In this document: positions 11,001-25,100 of the stretch, one piece after another
How positions within the stretch are numbered: position 1 is the stretch's first letter
Layout of the letters: each line of letters opens with the position of its first letter
Source of the DNA: Eledone cirrhosa
Lineage: Eukaryota
Direction: 5' to 3'
DNA: 64,000 nt
Assembly: GCA_964016885.1 (NCBI GenBank)
Contig: OZ024742.1
Coordinates: forward strand, 165,230,001 to 165,294,000
Position numbers and translations under genes: made by a program
Notes under the pieces: model-generated
What the model was told of the DNA's origin: nothing
Databases searched by the model: none
Seen by the model: the letters and a program-made list of their open reading frames with translations, nothing else

Positions 11001-14000
11001 TACAAATTATCTCCCCCTGATTTTTTTTTACAAATTATCTCCCCCTGATTTTTTTTACAAATTATCTCCCCCTGATTTTTTTTTACAAATTATTTCCCCC
11101 TGATTTTTTTACAAATTATCTCCCCCCTGATTTTTTTTACAATCTCCGCCTGATTTTTTTAAAAATTATCTTCCCTTGGCTGGCGGGAAATTATCTCCCC
11201 TTGGACGGCTGGAAATTATATCCCCTTGGAAGGATGGAAATTATCTCCCCTTGGACGGCTGGAAATTATCTCCCCTTGGACGGCTGGAAATTATCTCCCC
11301 TTGGACAGCTGGAAATTATCTGCCCTTGATTTTGTTTTTACAAATTATCTCCCCCTGATTTTTTTTACAAATTATCTCCACCTGATTTTAAAAAAAATTA
11401 TCTCCCCTTGGACGGCTGGAAATTATCTCCCCTTGATTTTTTTACAAATTATCTCCCCTTGATTTTTTTTACAAATTATCTCCCCCTGATTTTTTTTTAC
11501 AAATTATCTCCCCCTGATTTTTTTTTACAAATTATCTCCCCCTGATTTTTTTTTACAAATTATCTCACCCTGATTTTTTTTACAAATTATCTCCCTCTGA
11601 TTTTTTTACAAATTATCTCCCCTTGGCTGGCTGGAAATTATCTCCCCTTGGAGGCTGGAATTTATCTCCCCTTGGACGGCTAGAAATTACCTCTCCTTGG
11701 ACGGCTGGAAAATATGTCTCCTTGGACGGCTGGATATTATCTACCCTTGGACGGCTGGAAATTATCTCCCCTTGGACGGCTGGAAATTATCTCCCCTTGG
11801 ACGGCTAGATATTACCTCCCTTTGGACGGCTGGAAATTATCTCCCCTTGATTTTTTTACAAATTATCTCCCCCTGATTTTTTTACAAATTATCTCCCCCT
11901 GATTTTTTTTACAAATTATCTCCGCCTAATTTTTTTAAATATTATCTTCCCTTGGCTGGCGGGAAATTATCTCCCCTTGGACGGCTGAAAATTATCTCCC
12001 CTTGGACGGCTGGAAATTATCTCCCCTTGATTTTTTTTACAAATTATCTCCCCCTGATTTTTTTTTACAAATTATCTCCCCCTGATTTTTTTTACAAATT
12101 ATCTCCCCCTGATTTTTTTACAAATTATCTCCCCTTGGCTGGCTGGAAATTATCTCCCCTTGGAGGCTGGAATTTATCTCCCCTTGGACGGCTAGAAATT
12201 ACCTCTCCTTGGACGGCTGGAAAATATGTCCTTGGACGGCTGGATATTATCTACCCTTGGACGGCTGGAAATTATCTCCCCTTGGACGGCTGGAAATTAT
12301 CTCCCCTTGGACGGCTAGATATTACCTCCCCTTGGACGGCTGGAAATTATCTCCCCTTGAATTTTTTTACAAATTATCTCCCCCTGATTTTTTTTTACAA
12401 ATTATCTCCCCCTGATTTTTTTTTACAAATTATCTACCCCTGATTTTTTTTTACAAATTATCTCCCCCTGATTTTTTTTACAAATTATCTCCCCCTGATT
12501 TTTTTTTACAAATTATCTCCCCCTGATTTTTTTTTACAAATTATCTACCCCTGATTTTTTTTACAAATTATCTCCCCCTGATTTTTTTTACAAATTATCT
12601 CCCCCTGATTTTTTTTACAAATTATCTCCGCCTAATTTTTTTAAATATTATCTTCCCTTGGCTGGCGGGAAATTATCTCCCCTTGGACGGCTGAAAATTA
12701 TCTCTCCTTGGACGGCTGGAAATTATCTCCCCTTGATTTTTTTTACAAATTATCTCCCCCTGATTATTTTTTACAAATTATCTCCCCCTGATTTTTTTTT
12801 ACAAATTATCTCCCCCTGATTTTTTTTACAAATTATCTCCCCCTGATTTTTTTACAAATTATCTCCCCTTGGCTGGCTGGAAATTATCTCCCCTTGGAGG
12901 CTGGAATTTATCTCCCCTTGGACGGTTAGAAATTACCTCTCCTTGGACGGCTGGAAAATATGTCTCCTTGGACGGCTGGAAATTATCGCCCCTTGGACGG
13001 CTGGAAATTATCTCCCCTTGGACGGCTGGAAATTATCTCTCCTCGGACGGCTAGAAATTACCTCTCTTTGGACAGCTGAAAATTATCTCCCCATGGACGG
13101 CTGGAAATTATCTCCCCTTGATTTTTTTTACAAATTATCTCCCCCTGATTTTTTTTTACAAATTATCTCCCCCTGATTTTTTTTTACAAATTATCTCCCC
13201 CTGATTTTTTTTTACAAATTATCTCCCCCTGATTTTTTACAAATTATCTCCCCTTGGCTGGCTGGAAATTATCTCCCCTTGGAGGCTGGAATTTATCTCC
13301 CCTTGGACGGCTAGAAATTACCTCTCCTTGGACGGCTGGAAAATATGTCTCCTTGGACGGCTGGATATTATCTACCCTTGGACGGCTGGAAATTATCTCC
13401 CCTTGGACGGCTGGAAATTATCTCCCCTTGGACGGCTAGATATTACCTCCCCTTGGACGGCTGGAAATTATCTCCCCTTGATTTTTTTACAAATTATCTC
13501 CCCCTGATTTTTTTACAAATTATCTCCCCCTGATTTTTTTTACAAATTATCTCCGCCTAATTTTTTTAAATATTATCTTCCCTTGGCTGGCGGGAAATTA
13601 TCTCCCCTTGGACGGCTGAAAATTATCTCCCCTTGGACGGCTGGAAATTATCTCCCCTTGATTTTTTTTACAAATTATCTCCCCCTGATTTTTTTTTACA
13701 AATTATCTCCCCCTGATTTTTTTTACAAATTATCTCCCCCTGATTTTTTTACAAATTATCTCCCCTTGGCTGGCTGGAAATTATCTCCCCTTGGAGGCTG
13801 GAATTTATCTCCCCTTGGACGGCTAGAAATTACCTCTCCTTGGACGGCTGGAAAATATGTCCTTGGACGGCTGGATATTATCTACCCTTGGACGGCTGGA
13901 AATTATCTCCCCTTGGACGGCTGGAAATTATCTCCCCTTGGACGGCTAGATATTACCTCCCCTTGGACGGCTGGAAATTATCTCCCCTTGATTTTTTTTA

Positions 14001-17000
14001 CAAATTATCTCCCCCTGATTTTTTTTTACAAATTATCTCCCCCTGATTTTTTTTTACAAATTATCTACCCCTGATTTTTTTTTACAAATTATCTCCCCCT
14101 GATTTTTTTTACAAATTATCTCCCCCTGATTTTTTTTTACAAATTATCTCCCCCTGATTTTTTTTTACAAATTATCTACCCCGGATTTTTTTTACAAATT
14201 ATCTCCCCCTGATTTTTTTTACAAATTATCTCCCCCTGATTTTGTTTACAAATTATCTCCCCCTGATTTTTTTACAAATTATCTCCCCCTGATTTTTTTT
14301 ACAAATTATCTCCGCCTAATTTTTTTAAATATTATCTTCCCTTGGCTGGCGGGAAATTATCTCCCCTTGGACGGCTGAAAATTATCTCTCCTTGGACGGC
14401 TGGAAATTATCTCCCCTTCATTTTTTTTACAAATTATCTCCCCCTGATTATTTTTTACAAATTATCTCCCCCTGATTTTTTTTTACAAATTATCTCCCCC
14501 TGATTTTTTTTACAAATTATCTCCCCTTGATTTTTTTACAAATTATCTCCCCTTGGCTGGCTGGAAATTATCTCCCCTTGGAGGCTGGAATTTATCTCCC
14601 CTTGGACGGTTAGAAATTACCTCTCCTTGGACGGCTGGAAAATATGTCTCCTTGGACGGCTGGAAATTATCGCCCCTTGGACGGCTGGAAATTATCTCCC
14701 CTTGGACGGCTGGAAATTATCTCCCCTTGATTTTTTTTACAAATTATCTCCCCCTGATTTTTTTTTACAAATTATCTCCCCCTGATTTTTTTTTACAAAT
14801 TATCTCCCCCTGATTTTTTTTTACAAATTATCTCCCCCTGATATTTTTACAAATTATCTCCCCCTGATTTTTTTACAAATTATCTCCCCTTGGCTGGCTG
14901 GAAATTATCTCCCCTTGGAGGCTGGAATTTATCTCCCCTTAGACGGCTAGAAATTACCTCGCCTTGGACGGCTGGCAAATATGTCTCCTTGGACGGCTGG
15001 AAATTATCTCCCCTTGGACGGCTGGAAATTATCTCCCCTTGGACGGCTGGAAATTATCTCCCCTTGGACGGCTAGATATTACCTCCCCTTGGACGGCTGG
15101 AAATTATCTCCTCTTGGACGGCTAGATATTACCTCCCCTTGGACGGCTGGAAATTATCTCCCCTTGATTTTTTTTACAAATTATCTCCCCCTGATTTTTT
15201 TTTACAAATTATCTCCCCCTGATTTTTTTTTACGAATTATCTCCCCCCGATTTTTTTTTACAAATTATCTCCGCCTGATTTTTTTAAAAAAATTATCTCC
15301 CCTTGAACGGCTGGAAATTATCTCCCCTTGGACGGCTGGAAATTATCTCCCCTTGGACGGCTAGAAATTACCTCTCCTTGGACGGCTGAAAATTATCTCC
15401 CCTTGGACGGCTGCAAATTATCTCCCCTTGATTTTTTAACAAATTATCTCCCCCTGATTTTTTTTTACAAATTACCTCCCCCTGATTTTTTTTTACAAAT
15501 TATCTCCCCCTGATTTTTTTACAAATTATCTCCCCCTGATTTTTTTTACAATCTCCGCCTGATTTTTTTAAAAATTATCTTCCCTTGGCTGGCGGGAAAT
15601 TATCTCCCCTTGGACGGCTGGAAATTATATCCCCTTGGAAGGATGGAAATTATCTCCCCTTGGACGGCTGGAAATTATCTCCCCTTGGACGGCTGGAAAT
15701 TATCTCCCCTTGGACAGCTGGAAATTATCTGCCCTTGATTTTGTATTTACAAATTATCTCCCCCTGATTTTTTTTACAAATTATCTCCACCTGATTTTTT
15801 AAAAAATTATCTCCCCTTGGACGGCTGGAAATTATCTCCCCTTGATTTTTTTACAAATTATCTCCCCCTGATTTTTTTTTACAAATTATCTCCCCCTGAT
15901 TTTTTTTACAAATTATCTCCCATGATTTTTTTTTACAAATTATCTCCCCCTGATTTTTTTTTACAAATTATCTCCCCCTGATTTTTTTACAAATTATCTC
16001 CCCTTGGCTGGCTGGAAATTATCTCCCCTTGGAGGCTGGAATTTATCTCCCCTTGGACGGCTAGAAATTACCTCTCCTTGGACGGCTGGAAAATATGTCT
16101 CCTTGGACGGCTGGATATTATCTACCCTTGGACGGCTGGAAATTATCTCCCCTTGGACGGCTGGAAATTATCTCCCCTTGGACGGCTAGATATTACCTCC
16201 CCTTGGACGGCTGGAAATTATCTCCCCTTGATTTTTTTTACAAATTATCTCCCCCTGATTTTTTTTTACGAATTATCTCCCCCTGATTTTTTTTTAAAAA
16301 TTATCTCCGCCTGATTTTTTTTTAAAATTATCTCCCCTTGAACGGCTGGAAATTATCTCCCCTTGGACGGCTGGAAATTATCTCCCCTTGGACGGCTAGA
16401 AATTACCTCTCCTTGGACGGCTGAAAATTATCTCCCCTTGGACGGCTGCAAATTATCTCCCCTTGATTTTTTTAACAAATTATCTCCCCCTGATTTTTTT
16501 TTACAAATTATCTCCCCCTGATTTTTTTTTACAAATTATCTACGCCTAATTTTTTTTACAAATTATCTCCCCCTGATTTTTTTTACAAATTATCTCCCCC
16601 TGATTTTTTTTACAAATTATCTCCCCCTGATTTTTTTTTACAAATTATCTCCCCCTGATTTTTTTACAAATTATCTCCCCCCTGATTTTTTTTACAATCT
16701 CCGCCTGATTTTTTTAAAAATTATCTTCCCTTGGCTGGCAGGAAATTATCTCCCCTTGGACGGCTGAAAATTATCTCCCCTTGGACGGCTGGAAATTATC
16801 TCCCCTTGATTTTTTTTACAAATTATCTCCCCCTGATTTTTTTTTACAAATTATCTCCCCCTGATTTTTTTTACAAATTATCTCCCCCTGATTTTTTTTT
16901 ACAAATTATCTGCCCCTGATTTTTTTTACAAATTATCTCCCCCTGATTTTTTTACAAATTATCTCCCCTTGGCTGGCTGGAAATTATCTCCCCTTGGAGG

Positions 17001-20000
17001 CTGGAATTTATCTCCCCTTGGACGGCTAGAAATTACCTCTCCTTGGACGGCTGGAAAATATTTCTCCTTGGACGGCTGGATATTATCTACCCTTGGACGG
17101 GTGGAAATTATCTCCCCTTGGACGGCTGGAAATTATCTCCCCTTGGACGGCTAGATATTACCTCCCCTTGGACGGCTGGTAATTATCTCCCCTTGATTTT
17201 TTTTACAAATTATCTCCCCCTGATTTTTTTTACAAATTATCTCCACCTGATTTTTTTACAAATTATCTCCCCCTGATTTTTTTTACAAATTATCTCCCCC
17301 TGATTTTTTTTACAAATTATCTCCGCCTGATTTTTTTAAATATTATCTTCCCTTGGCTGGCGGGAAATTATCTCCCCTTGGACGGCTGAAAATTATCTCC
17401 CCTTGGACGGCTGGAAATTATCTCCCCTTGATTTTTTTTACAAATTATCTCCCCCTGATTTTTTTTACAAATTATCTCCCCCTGATTTTATGTTACAAAT
17501 TATCTCCCCCTGATTTTTTTTTACAAATTATCTCCCCCTGATTTTTTTTTACAAATTATCTCCCCCTGATTTTTTTTTACAAATTATCTCACCCTGATTT
17601 TTTTTACAAATTATCTCTCCCTGATTTTTTTACAAATTATCTCCCCTTGGCTGGCTGGAAATTATCTCCCCTTGGAGGCTGGAAATTATCTCCCCTTGGA
17701 CAGCTGGAAATTATCTGCCCTTGATTTTGTTTTTACAAATTATCTCCCCCTGATTTTTTAAAAAATTATCTTCCCTTGGCTGGCGGGAAATTATCTCCCC
17801 TTGGACGGCTGGAAATTATCTCCCCTTGGACGGCTGGAAATTATCTCCCCTTGGACAGCTGGAAATTATCTGCCCTTGATTTTGTTTTTACAAATTATCT
17901 CCCCCTGATTTTTTTTACAAATTATCTCCACCTGATTTTTTAAAAAATTATCTCCCCTTGGACGGCTGGAAATTATCTCCCCTTGATTTTTTTTACAAAT
18001 TATCTCCCCCTGATTTTTTTTTACAAATTATCTCCCCCTGATTTTTTTTTACAAATTATCTCCCCCTGATTTTTTTTTACAAATTATCTGCCCCTGATAT
18101 TTTTTACAAATTATCTCCCCCTGATTTTTTTACAAATTATCTCCCCTTGGCTGGCTGGAAATTATCTCCCCTTGGAGGCTGGAATTTATCTCCCCTTGGA
18201 CGGCTAGAAATTACCTCGCCTTGGACGGCTGGAAAATATGTCTCCTTGGACGGCTGGAAATTATCTCCCCTTGGACGGCTGGAAATTATCTCCCCTTGGA
18301 CGGCTGGAAATTATCTCCCCTTGGACGGCTAGATATTACCTCCCCTTGGACGGCTGGAAATTATCTCCCCTTGATTTTTTTTACAAATTACCTCCCCCTG
18401 ATTTTTTTTTACAAATTATCTCCCCCTGATTTTTTTTTACGAATTATCTCCCCCTGATTTTTTTTTACAAATTATCTCCGCCTGATTTTTTTTTAAAAAT
18501 TATCTCCCCTTGAACGGCTGGAAATTATCTCCCCTTGGACGGCTGGAAATTATCTCCCCTTGGACGGCTAGAAATTACCTCTCCTTGGACGGCTGAAAAT
18601 TATCTCCCCTTGGACGGCTGCAAATTATCTCCCCTTGATTTTTTAACAAATTATCTCCCCCTGATTTTTTTTTACAAATTATCTCCCCCTGATTTTTTTT
18701 TACAAATTATCTACGCCTAATTTTTTTTACAAATTATCTCCCCCTGATTTTTTTCTACAAATTATCTCCCCCTGATTTTTTTTACAAATTATCTCCCCCT
18801 GATTTTTTTTTACAAATTATTTCCCCCTGATTTTTTTACAAATTATCTCCCCCCTGATTTTTTTTACAATCTCCGCCTGATTTTTTTAAAAATTATCTTG
18901 CCTTGGCTGGCGGGAAATTATCTCCCCTTGGACGGCTGGAAATTATATCCCCTTGGACGGCTGGAAATTACCTCCCCTTGGACAGCTGGAAATTATCTGC
19001 CCTTGATTTTGTTTTTACAAATTATCTCCCCCTGATTTTTTTTACAAATTATCTCCACCTGATTTTTTAAAAAATTATCTCCCCTTGGACGGCTGGAAAT
19101 TATCTCCCCTTGATTTTTTTACAAATTATCTCCCCCTGATTTTTTTTACAAATTATCTCCCCCTGATTTTTTTTTACAAATTATCTCCCCCTGATTTTTT
19201 TACAAATTATCTCCCCCTGATTTTTTTTACAAATTATCTCCGCCTGATTTTTTTAAATATTATCTTCCCTTGGCTGGCGGGAAATTATCTCCCCTTGGAC
19301 GGCTGAAAATTATCTCCCCTTGGACGGCTGGAAATTATCTCCCCTTGATTTTTTTTACAAATTATCTCCCCCTGATTTTTTTTTACAAATTATCTCCCCC
19401 TGATTTTTTTTTACAAATTATCTCCCCCTGATTTTTTTTTACAAATTATCTGCCCCTGATTTTTTTTACAAATTATCTCCCCCTGATTTTTTTACAAATT
19501 ATCTCCCCTTGGCTGGCTGGAAATTATCTCCCCTTGGAGGCTGGAATTTATCTCCCCTTGGACGGCTAGAAATTACCTCTCCTTGGACGGCTGGAAAATA
19601 TTTCTCCTTGGACGGCTGGATATTATCTACCCTTGGACGGGTGGAAATTATCTCCCCTTGGACGGCTGGAAATTATCTCCCCTTGGACGGCTAGATATTA
19701 CCTCCCCTTGGACGACTGGAAATTATCTCCCCTTGATTTTTTTTACAAATTATCTCCCCCTGATTTTTTTTTTACAAATTATCTCCCCCTGATTTTTTTA
19801 CAAATTATCTCCCCCTGATTTTTTTTACAAATTATCTCCGCCTGATTTTTTAAAATATTATCTTCTCTTGGCTGGCGGGAAATTATCTCCCCTTGGACGG
19901 CTGAAAATTATCTCCCCTTGGACGGCTGGAAATTATCTCCCCTTGATTTTTTTTACAAATTTTCTCCCCCTGATTTTTTTTTACAAATTATCTCCCCCTG

Positions 20001-22138
20001 ATTTTTTTTTACAAATTATCTCCCCCTGATTTTTTTTTACAAATTATCTCCCCCTGATTTTTTTTACAAATTATCTCCCCCTGATTTTTTTACAAATTAT
20101 CTCCCCTTGGCTGGCTGGAAATTATCTCCCCTTGGACACTGTAAATTATAGCCCCTTGGAGGGCTGGAAATTATCTTACCTTGGACGGCTGGAAATTATC
20201 TCTGCTTGATTTTTTTTACAAATTATCTCCCCCTGATTTTTTTTTACAAATTATCCCCCCCGATTTTTTTTACAAATTATCTCCCCCTATTTTTTTTACA
20301 AATTATCTCCCCTTGGACGGCTGGAAATTATCTCCCCTTGGACGGCTGGAAATTATCTCTCCTTGGACGGCTAGAAATTACCTCTCCTTGGACGACTGAA
20401 AATTATCTCCCCTTGGACGGCTGCAAATTATCTCCCCTTGATTTCTTTTACAAATTATCTCCGCCTGATTTTTTTTTTTAAATTATCTCCCCTTGGACGG
20501 CTGGAAATTACCTCCCCTTGGACGGCTGGAAATTATCTCCCCTTGGACGGCTAGAAATTACCTCTCATTGGACGGCTGAAAATTATCTCCCCTTGGACGG
20601 CTGGAAATTATCTCCCCTTGATTTTTTTTACAAATTATCTCCCCCCTGATTTTTTTTTTACAAATTATCTCCGCCTGATTTTTTTTTAAAATTATCTCTC
20701 CTTGGACGGCTGGATATTATCTCCCCTTTCATTTTTTTTACAAATTATCTCCCCCTGATTTTTTTTTACAAATTATCTCCCCCTGATTTTTTTTTACAAA
20801 TTATCTACCCCTAATTTTTTTTTACAAATTATCTCCCCCTGATTTTTTTTACAAATTATCTCCCCCTGATTTTTTTTTTACAAATTATCTCCCCCTGATT
20901 TTTTTACAAATTATCTCCCCCTGATTTTTTTTACAAATTATCTCCGCCTGATTTTTTTAAATATTATCTTCTCTTGGCTGGCGGGAAATTATCTCCCCTT
21001 GGACGGCTGAAAATTATCTCCCCTTGGACGGCTGGAAATTATCTCCCCTTGATTTTTTTTACAAATTATCTCCCCCTGATTTTTTTTTACAAATTATCTC
21101 CCCCTGATTTTTTTTACAAATTATCTCCCCCTGATTTTTTTTTACAAATTATCTCCCCCTGATTTTTTTTTACAAATTATCTACCCCTGATTTTTTTTTA
21201 CAAATTATCTCCCCCTGATTTTTTTTACAAATTATCTCTCCCTGATTTTTTTTTACAAATTATCTCCCCCTGATTTTTTTTTACAAATTATCTACCCCTG
21301 ATTTTTTTTTTACAAATTATCTCCCCCTGATTTTTTTTACAAATTATTTCCCCCTGATTTTTTTTACAAATTATCACCCCCTGATTTTTTTACAAATTAT
21401 CTCCCCCCGATTTTTTTTACAAATTATCTCCGCCTAATTTTTTTAAATATTATCTTCCCTTGGCTGGCGGGAAATTATCTCCCCTTGGACGGCTGAAAAT
21501 TATCTCCCCTTGGACGGCTGGAAATTATCTCCCCTTGATTTTTTTACAAATTATCTCCCCCTGATTATTTTTTACAAATTATCTCCCCCTGATTTTTTTT
21601 TACAAATTATCTCCCTCTGATTTTTTTTACAAATTATCTCCCCTTGGCTGGCTGGAAATTATCTCCCCTTGGAGGCTGGAATTTATCTCCCCTTGGACGG
21701 TTAGAAATTACCTCTCCTTGGACTGCTGGAAAATATGTCTCCTTGGACGGCTGGAAATTATCTCCCCTGGGACGGCTGGAAATTATCTCCCCTTGGACGG
21801 CTGGAAATTATCTCTCCTCGGACGACTAGAAATTACCTCTCCTTGGACAGCTGAAAATTATCTCCCCTTGGACGGCTGGAAATTATCTCCCCTTGATTTT
21901 TTTACAAATTATCTCCCTCTGATTTTTTTTTACAAATTATCTCCCCCTGATTTTATTTTACAAATTATCTCCCCCTGATTTTTTTTACAAATTATCTGCC
22001 CCTGATATTTTTTACAAATTATCTCCCCCTGATTTTTTTACAAATTATCTCCCCTTGGCTGGCTGGAAATTATCTCCCCTTGGAGGCTGGAATTTATCTC
22101 CCCTTGGACGGCTAGAAATTACCTCGCCTTGGACGGCT
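8032..22138 (+). repeat. ~14.1-kb higher-order repeat unit
   Basis: The 101-aa pseudo-ORF marking the unit start occurs at 8, 8039, 22146 and 49624. Colinear offsets: 9049->23129 (14080), 13583->27874 (14291) and 16731->31258 (14527). Confidence 0.88.
11600..14800 (+). repeat. ~1.63-kb imperfect tandem duplication within the higher-order unit
   Basis: Offsets 11623->13254 and 11952->13583 (1631), and 12869->14553 (1684). The same pair is seen at 25913/27545 and 26242/27874. Confidence 0.78.
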
Positions 22139-25100
22139 GGAAAATATGTCTCCTTGGACGGCTGGAAATTATCTCCCCTTGGACGGCTGGAAATTATCTC
22201 CCCTTGGACGGCTAGATATTACCTCCCCTTGGACGGCTGGAAATTATCTCCCCTTGATTTTTTTTACAAATTATCTCCCCCTGATTTTTTTTTACAAATT
22301 ATCTCCCCCTGATTTTTTTTACAAATTATCTCCCCCTGATTTTTTTACAAATTATCTCCCCCCGATTTTTTTTACAAATTATATCCGCCTAATTTTTTTA
22401 AATATTATCTTCCCTTGGCTGGCGGGAAATTATCTCCCCTTGGACGGCTGAAAATTATCTCCCCTTGGACGGCTGGAAATTATCTCCCCTTGATTTTTTT
22501 ACAAATTATCTCCCCCTGATTTTTTTTACAAATTATCTCCCCCTGATTTTTTTACAAATTATCTCCCCTTGGCTGGCTGGAAATTATCTCCCCTTGGAGG
22601 CTGGAATTTATCTCCCCTTGGACGGCTAGAAATTACCTCCCCTTGGACGGCTGGAAATTATCTCCCCTTGGACGGCTAGATATTACCTCCCCTTGGACGG
22701 CTGGAAATTATCTCCCCTTGATTTTTTTTACAATTTATCTCCCCCTGATTTTTTTTTACAAATTATCTCCCCCTGATTTTTTTTACAAATTATCTCCCCC
22801 TGATTTTTTTACAAATTATCTCCCCTTGGCTGGCTGGAAATTATCTCCCCTTGGAGGCTGGAATTTATCTCCCCTTGGACGGCTAGAAATTACCTCTCCT
22901 TGGACGGCTGGAAAATATGTCTCCTTGGACGGCTGGATATTATCTACCCTTGGACGGCTGGAAATTATCTCCCCTTGGACGGCTGGAAATTATCTCCCCT
23001 TGGACGGCTAGATATTACCTCCCCTTGGACGGCTGGAAATTATCTCCCCTTGATTTTTTTACAAATTATCTCCCCCTGATTTTTTTTACAAATTATCTCC
23101 GCCTAATTTTTTTAAATATTATCTTCCCTTGGCTGGCGGGAAATTATCTCCCCTTGGACGGCTGAAAATTATCTCCCCTTGGACGGCTGGAAATTATCTC
23201 CCCTTGATTTTTTTTACAAATTATCTCCCCCTGATTTTTTTTTACAAATTATCTCCCCCTGATTTTTTTTACAAATTATCTCCCCCTGATTTTTTTACAA
23301 ATTATCTCCCCTTGGCTGGCTGGAAATTATCTCCCCTTGGAGGCTGGAATTTATCTCCTCTTGGTCGGCTAGAAATTACCTCTCCTTGGACGGCTGGAAA
23401 ATATGTCCTTGGACGGCTGGATATTATCTACCCTTGGACGGCTGGAAATTATCTCCCCTTGGACGGCTGGAAATTATCTCCCCTTGGTCGGCTAGATATT
23501 ACCTCCCCTTGGACGGCTGGAAATTATCTCCCCTTGATTTTTTTTACAATTTATCTCCCCCTGATTTTTTTTTACAAATTATCTCCCCCTGATTTTTTTT
23601 TACGAATTATCTCCCCCTGATTTTTTTTTACAAATTATCTCCGCCTGATTTTTTTTTAAAAATTATCTCCCCTTGAACGGCTGGAAATTATCTCCCCTTG
23701 GACGGCTGGAAATTATCTCCCCTTGGACGGCTAGAAATTACCTCTCCTTGGACGGCTGAAAATTATCTCCCCTTGGACGGCTGGAAATTATCTCCCCTTG
23801 ATTTTTTAACAAATTATCTCCCCCTGATTTTTTTTTACAAATTATCTCCCCCTGATTTTTTTTTACAAATTATCTCCCCCTGATTTTTTTTACAAATTAT
23901 CTCCCCCTGATTTTTTTTTACAAATTATTTCCCCCTGATTTTTTTACAAATTATTTCCCCCCTGATTTTTTTTACAATCTCCGCCTGATTTTTTTAAAAA
24001 TTATCTTCCCTTGGCTGGCGGGAAATTATCTCCCCTTGGACGGCTGGAAATTATATCCCCTTGGAAGGATGGAAATTATCTCCCCTTGGACGGCTGGAAA
24101 TTATCTCCCCTTGGACGGCTGGAAATTATCTCCCCTTGGACAGCTGGAAATTATCTGCCCTTGATTTTGTTTTTACAAATTATCTCCCCCTGATTTTTTT
24201 TACAAATTATCTCCACCTGATTTTTAAAAAAATTATCTCCCCTTGGACGGCTGGAAATTATCTCCCCTTGATTTTTTTACAAATTATCTCCCCTTGATTT
24301 TTTTTACAAATTATCTCCCCCTGATTTTTTTTTACAAATTATCTCCCCCTGATTTTTTTACAAATTATCTCCCCCTGATTTTTTTTACAAATTATCTCCG
24401 CCTGATTTTTTTAAATATTATCTTCCCTTGGCTGGCGGGAAATTATCTCCCCTTGGACGGCTGAAAATTATCTCCCCTTGGACGGCTGGAAATTATCTCC
24501 CCTTGATTTTTTTTACAAATTATCTCCCCCTGATTTTTTTTTACAAATTATCTCCCCCTGATTTTTTTTTACAAATTATCTCCCCCTGATTTTTTTTTAC
24601 AAATTATCTCACCCTGATTTTTTTTACAAATTATCTCCCTCTGATTTTTTGACAAATTATCTCCCCTTGGCTGGCTGGAAATTATCTCCCCTTGGAGGCT
24701 GGAATTTATCTCCCCTTGGACGGCTAGAAATTACCTCTCCTTGGACGGCTGGAAAATATGTCTCCTTGGACGGCTGGATATTATCTACCCTTGGACGGCT
24801 GGAAATTATCTCCCCTTGGACGGCTGGAAATTATCTCCCCTTGGACGGCTAGATATTACCTCCCCTTGGACGGCTGGAAATTATCTCCCCTTGATTTTTT
24901 TACAAATTATCTCCCCCTGATTTTTTTACAAATTATCTCCCCCTGATTTTTTTTACAAATTATCTCCGCCTAATTTTTTTAAATATTATCTTCCCTTGGC
25001 TGGCGGGAAATTATCTCCCCTTGGACGGCTGAAAATTATCTCCCCTTGGACGGCTGGAAATTATCTCCCCTTGATTTTTTTTACAAATTATCTCCCCCTG

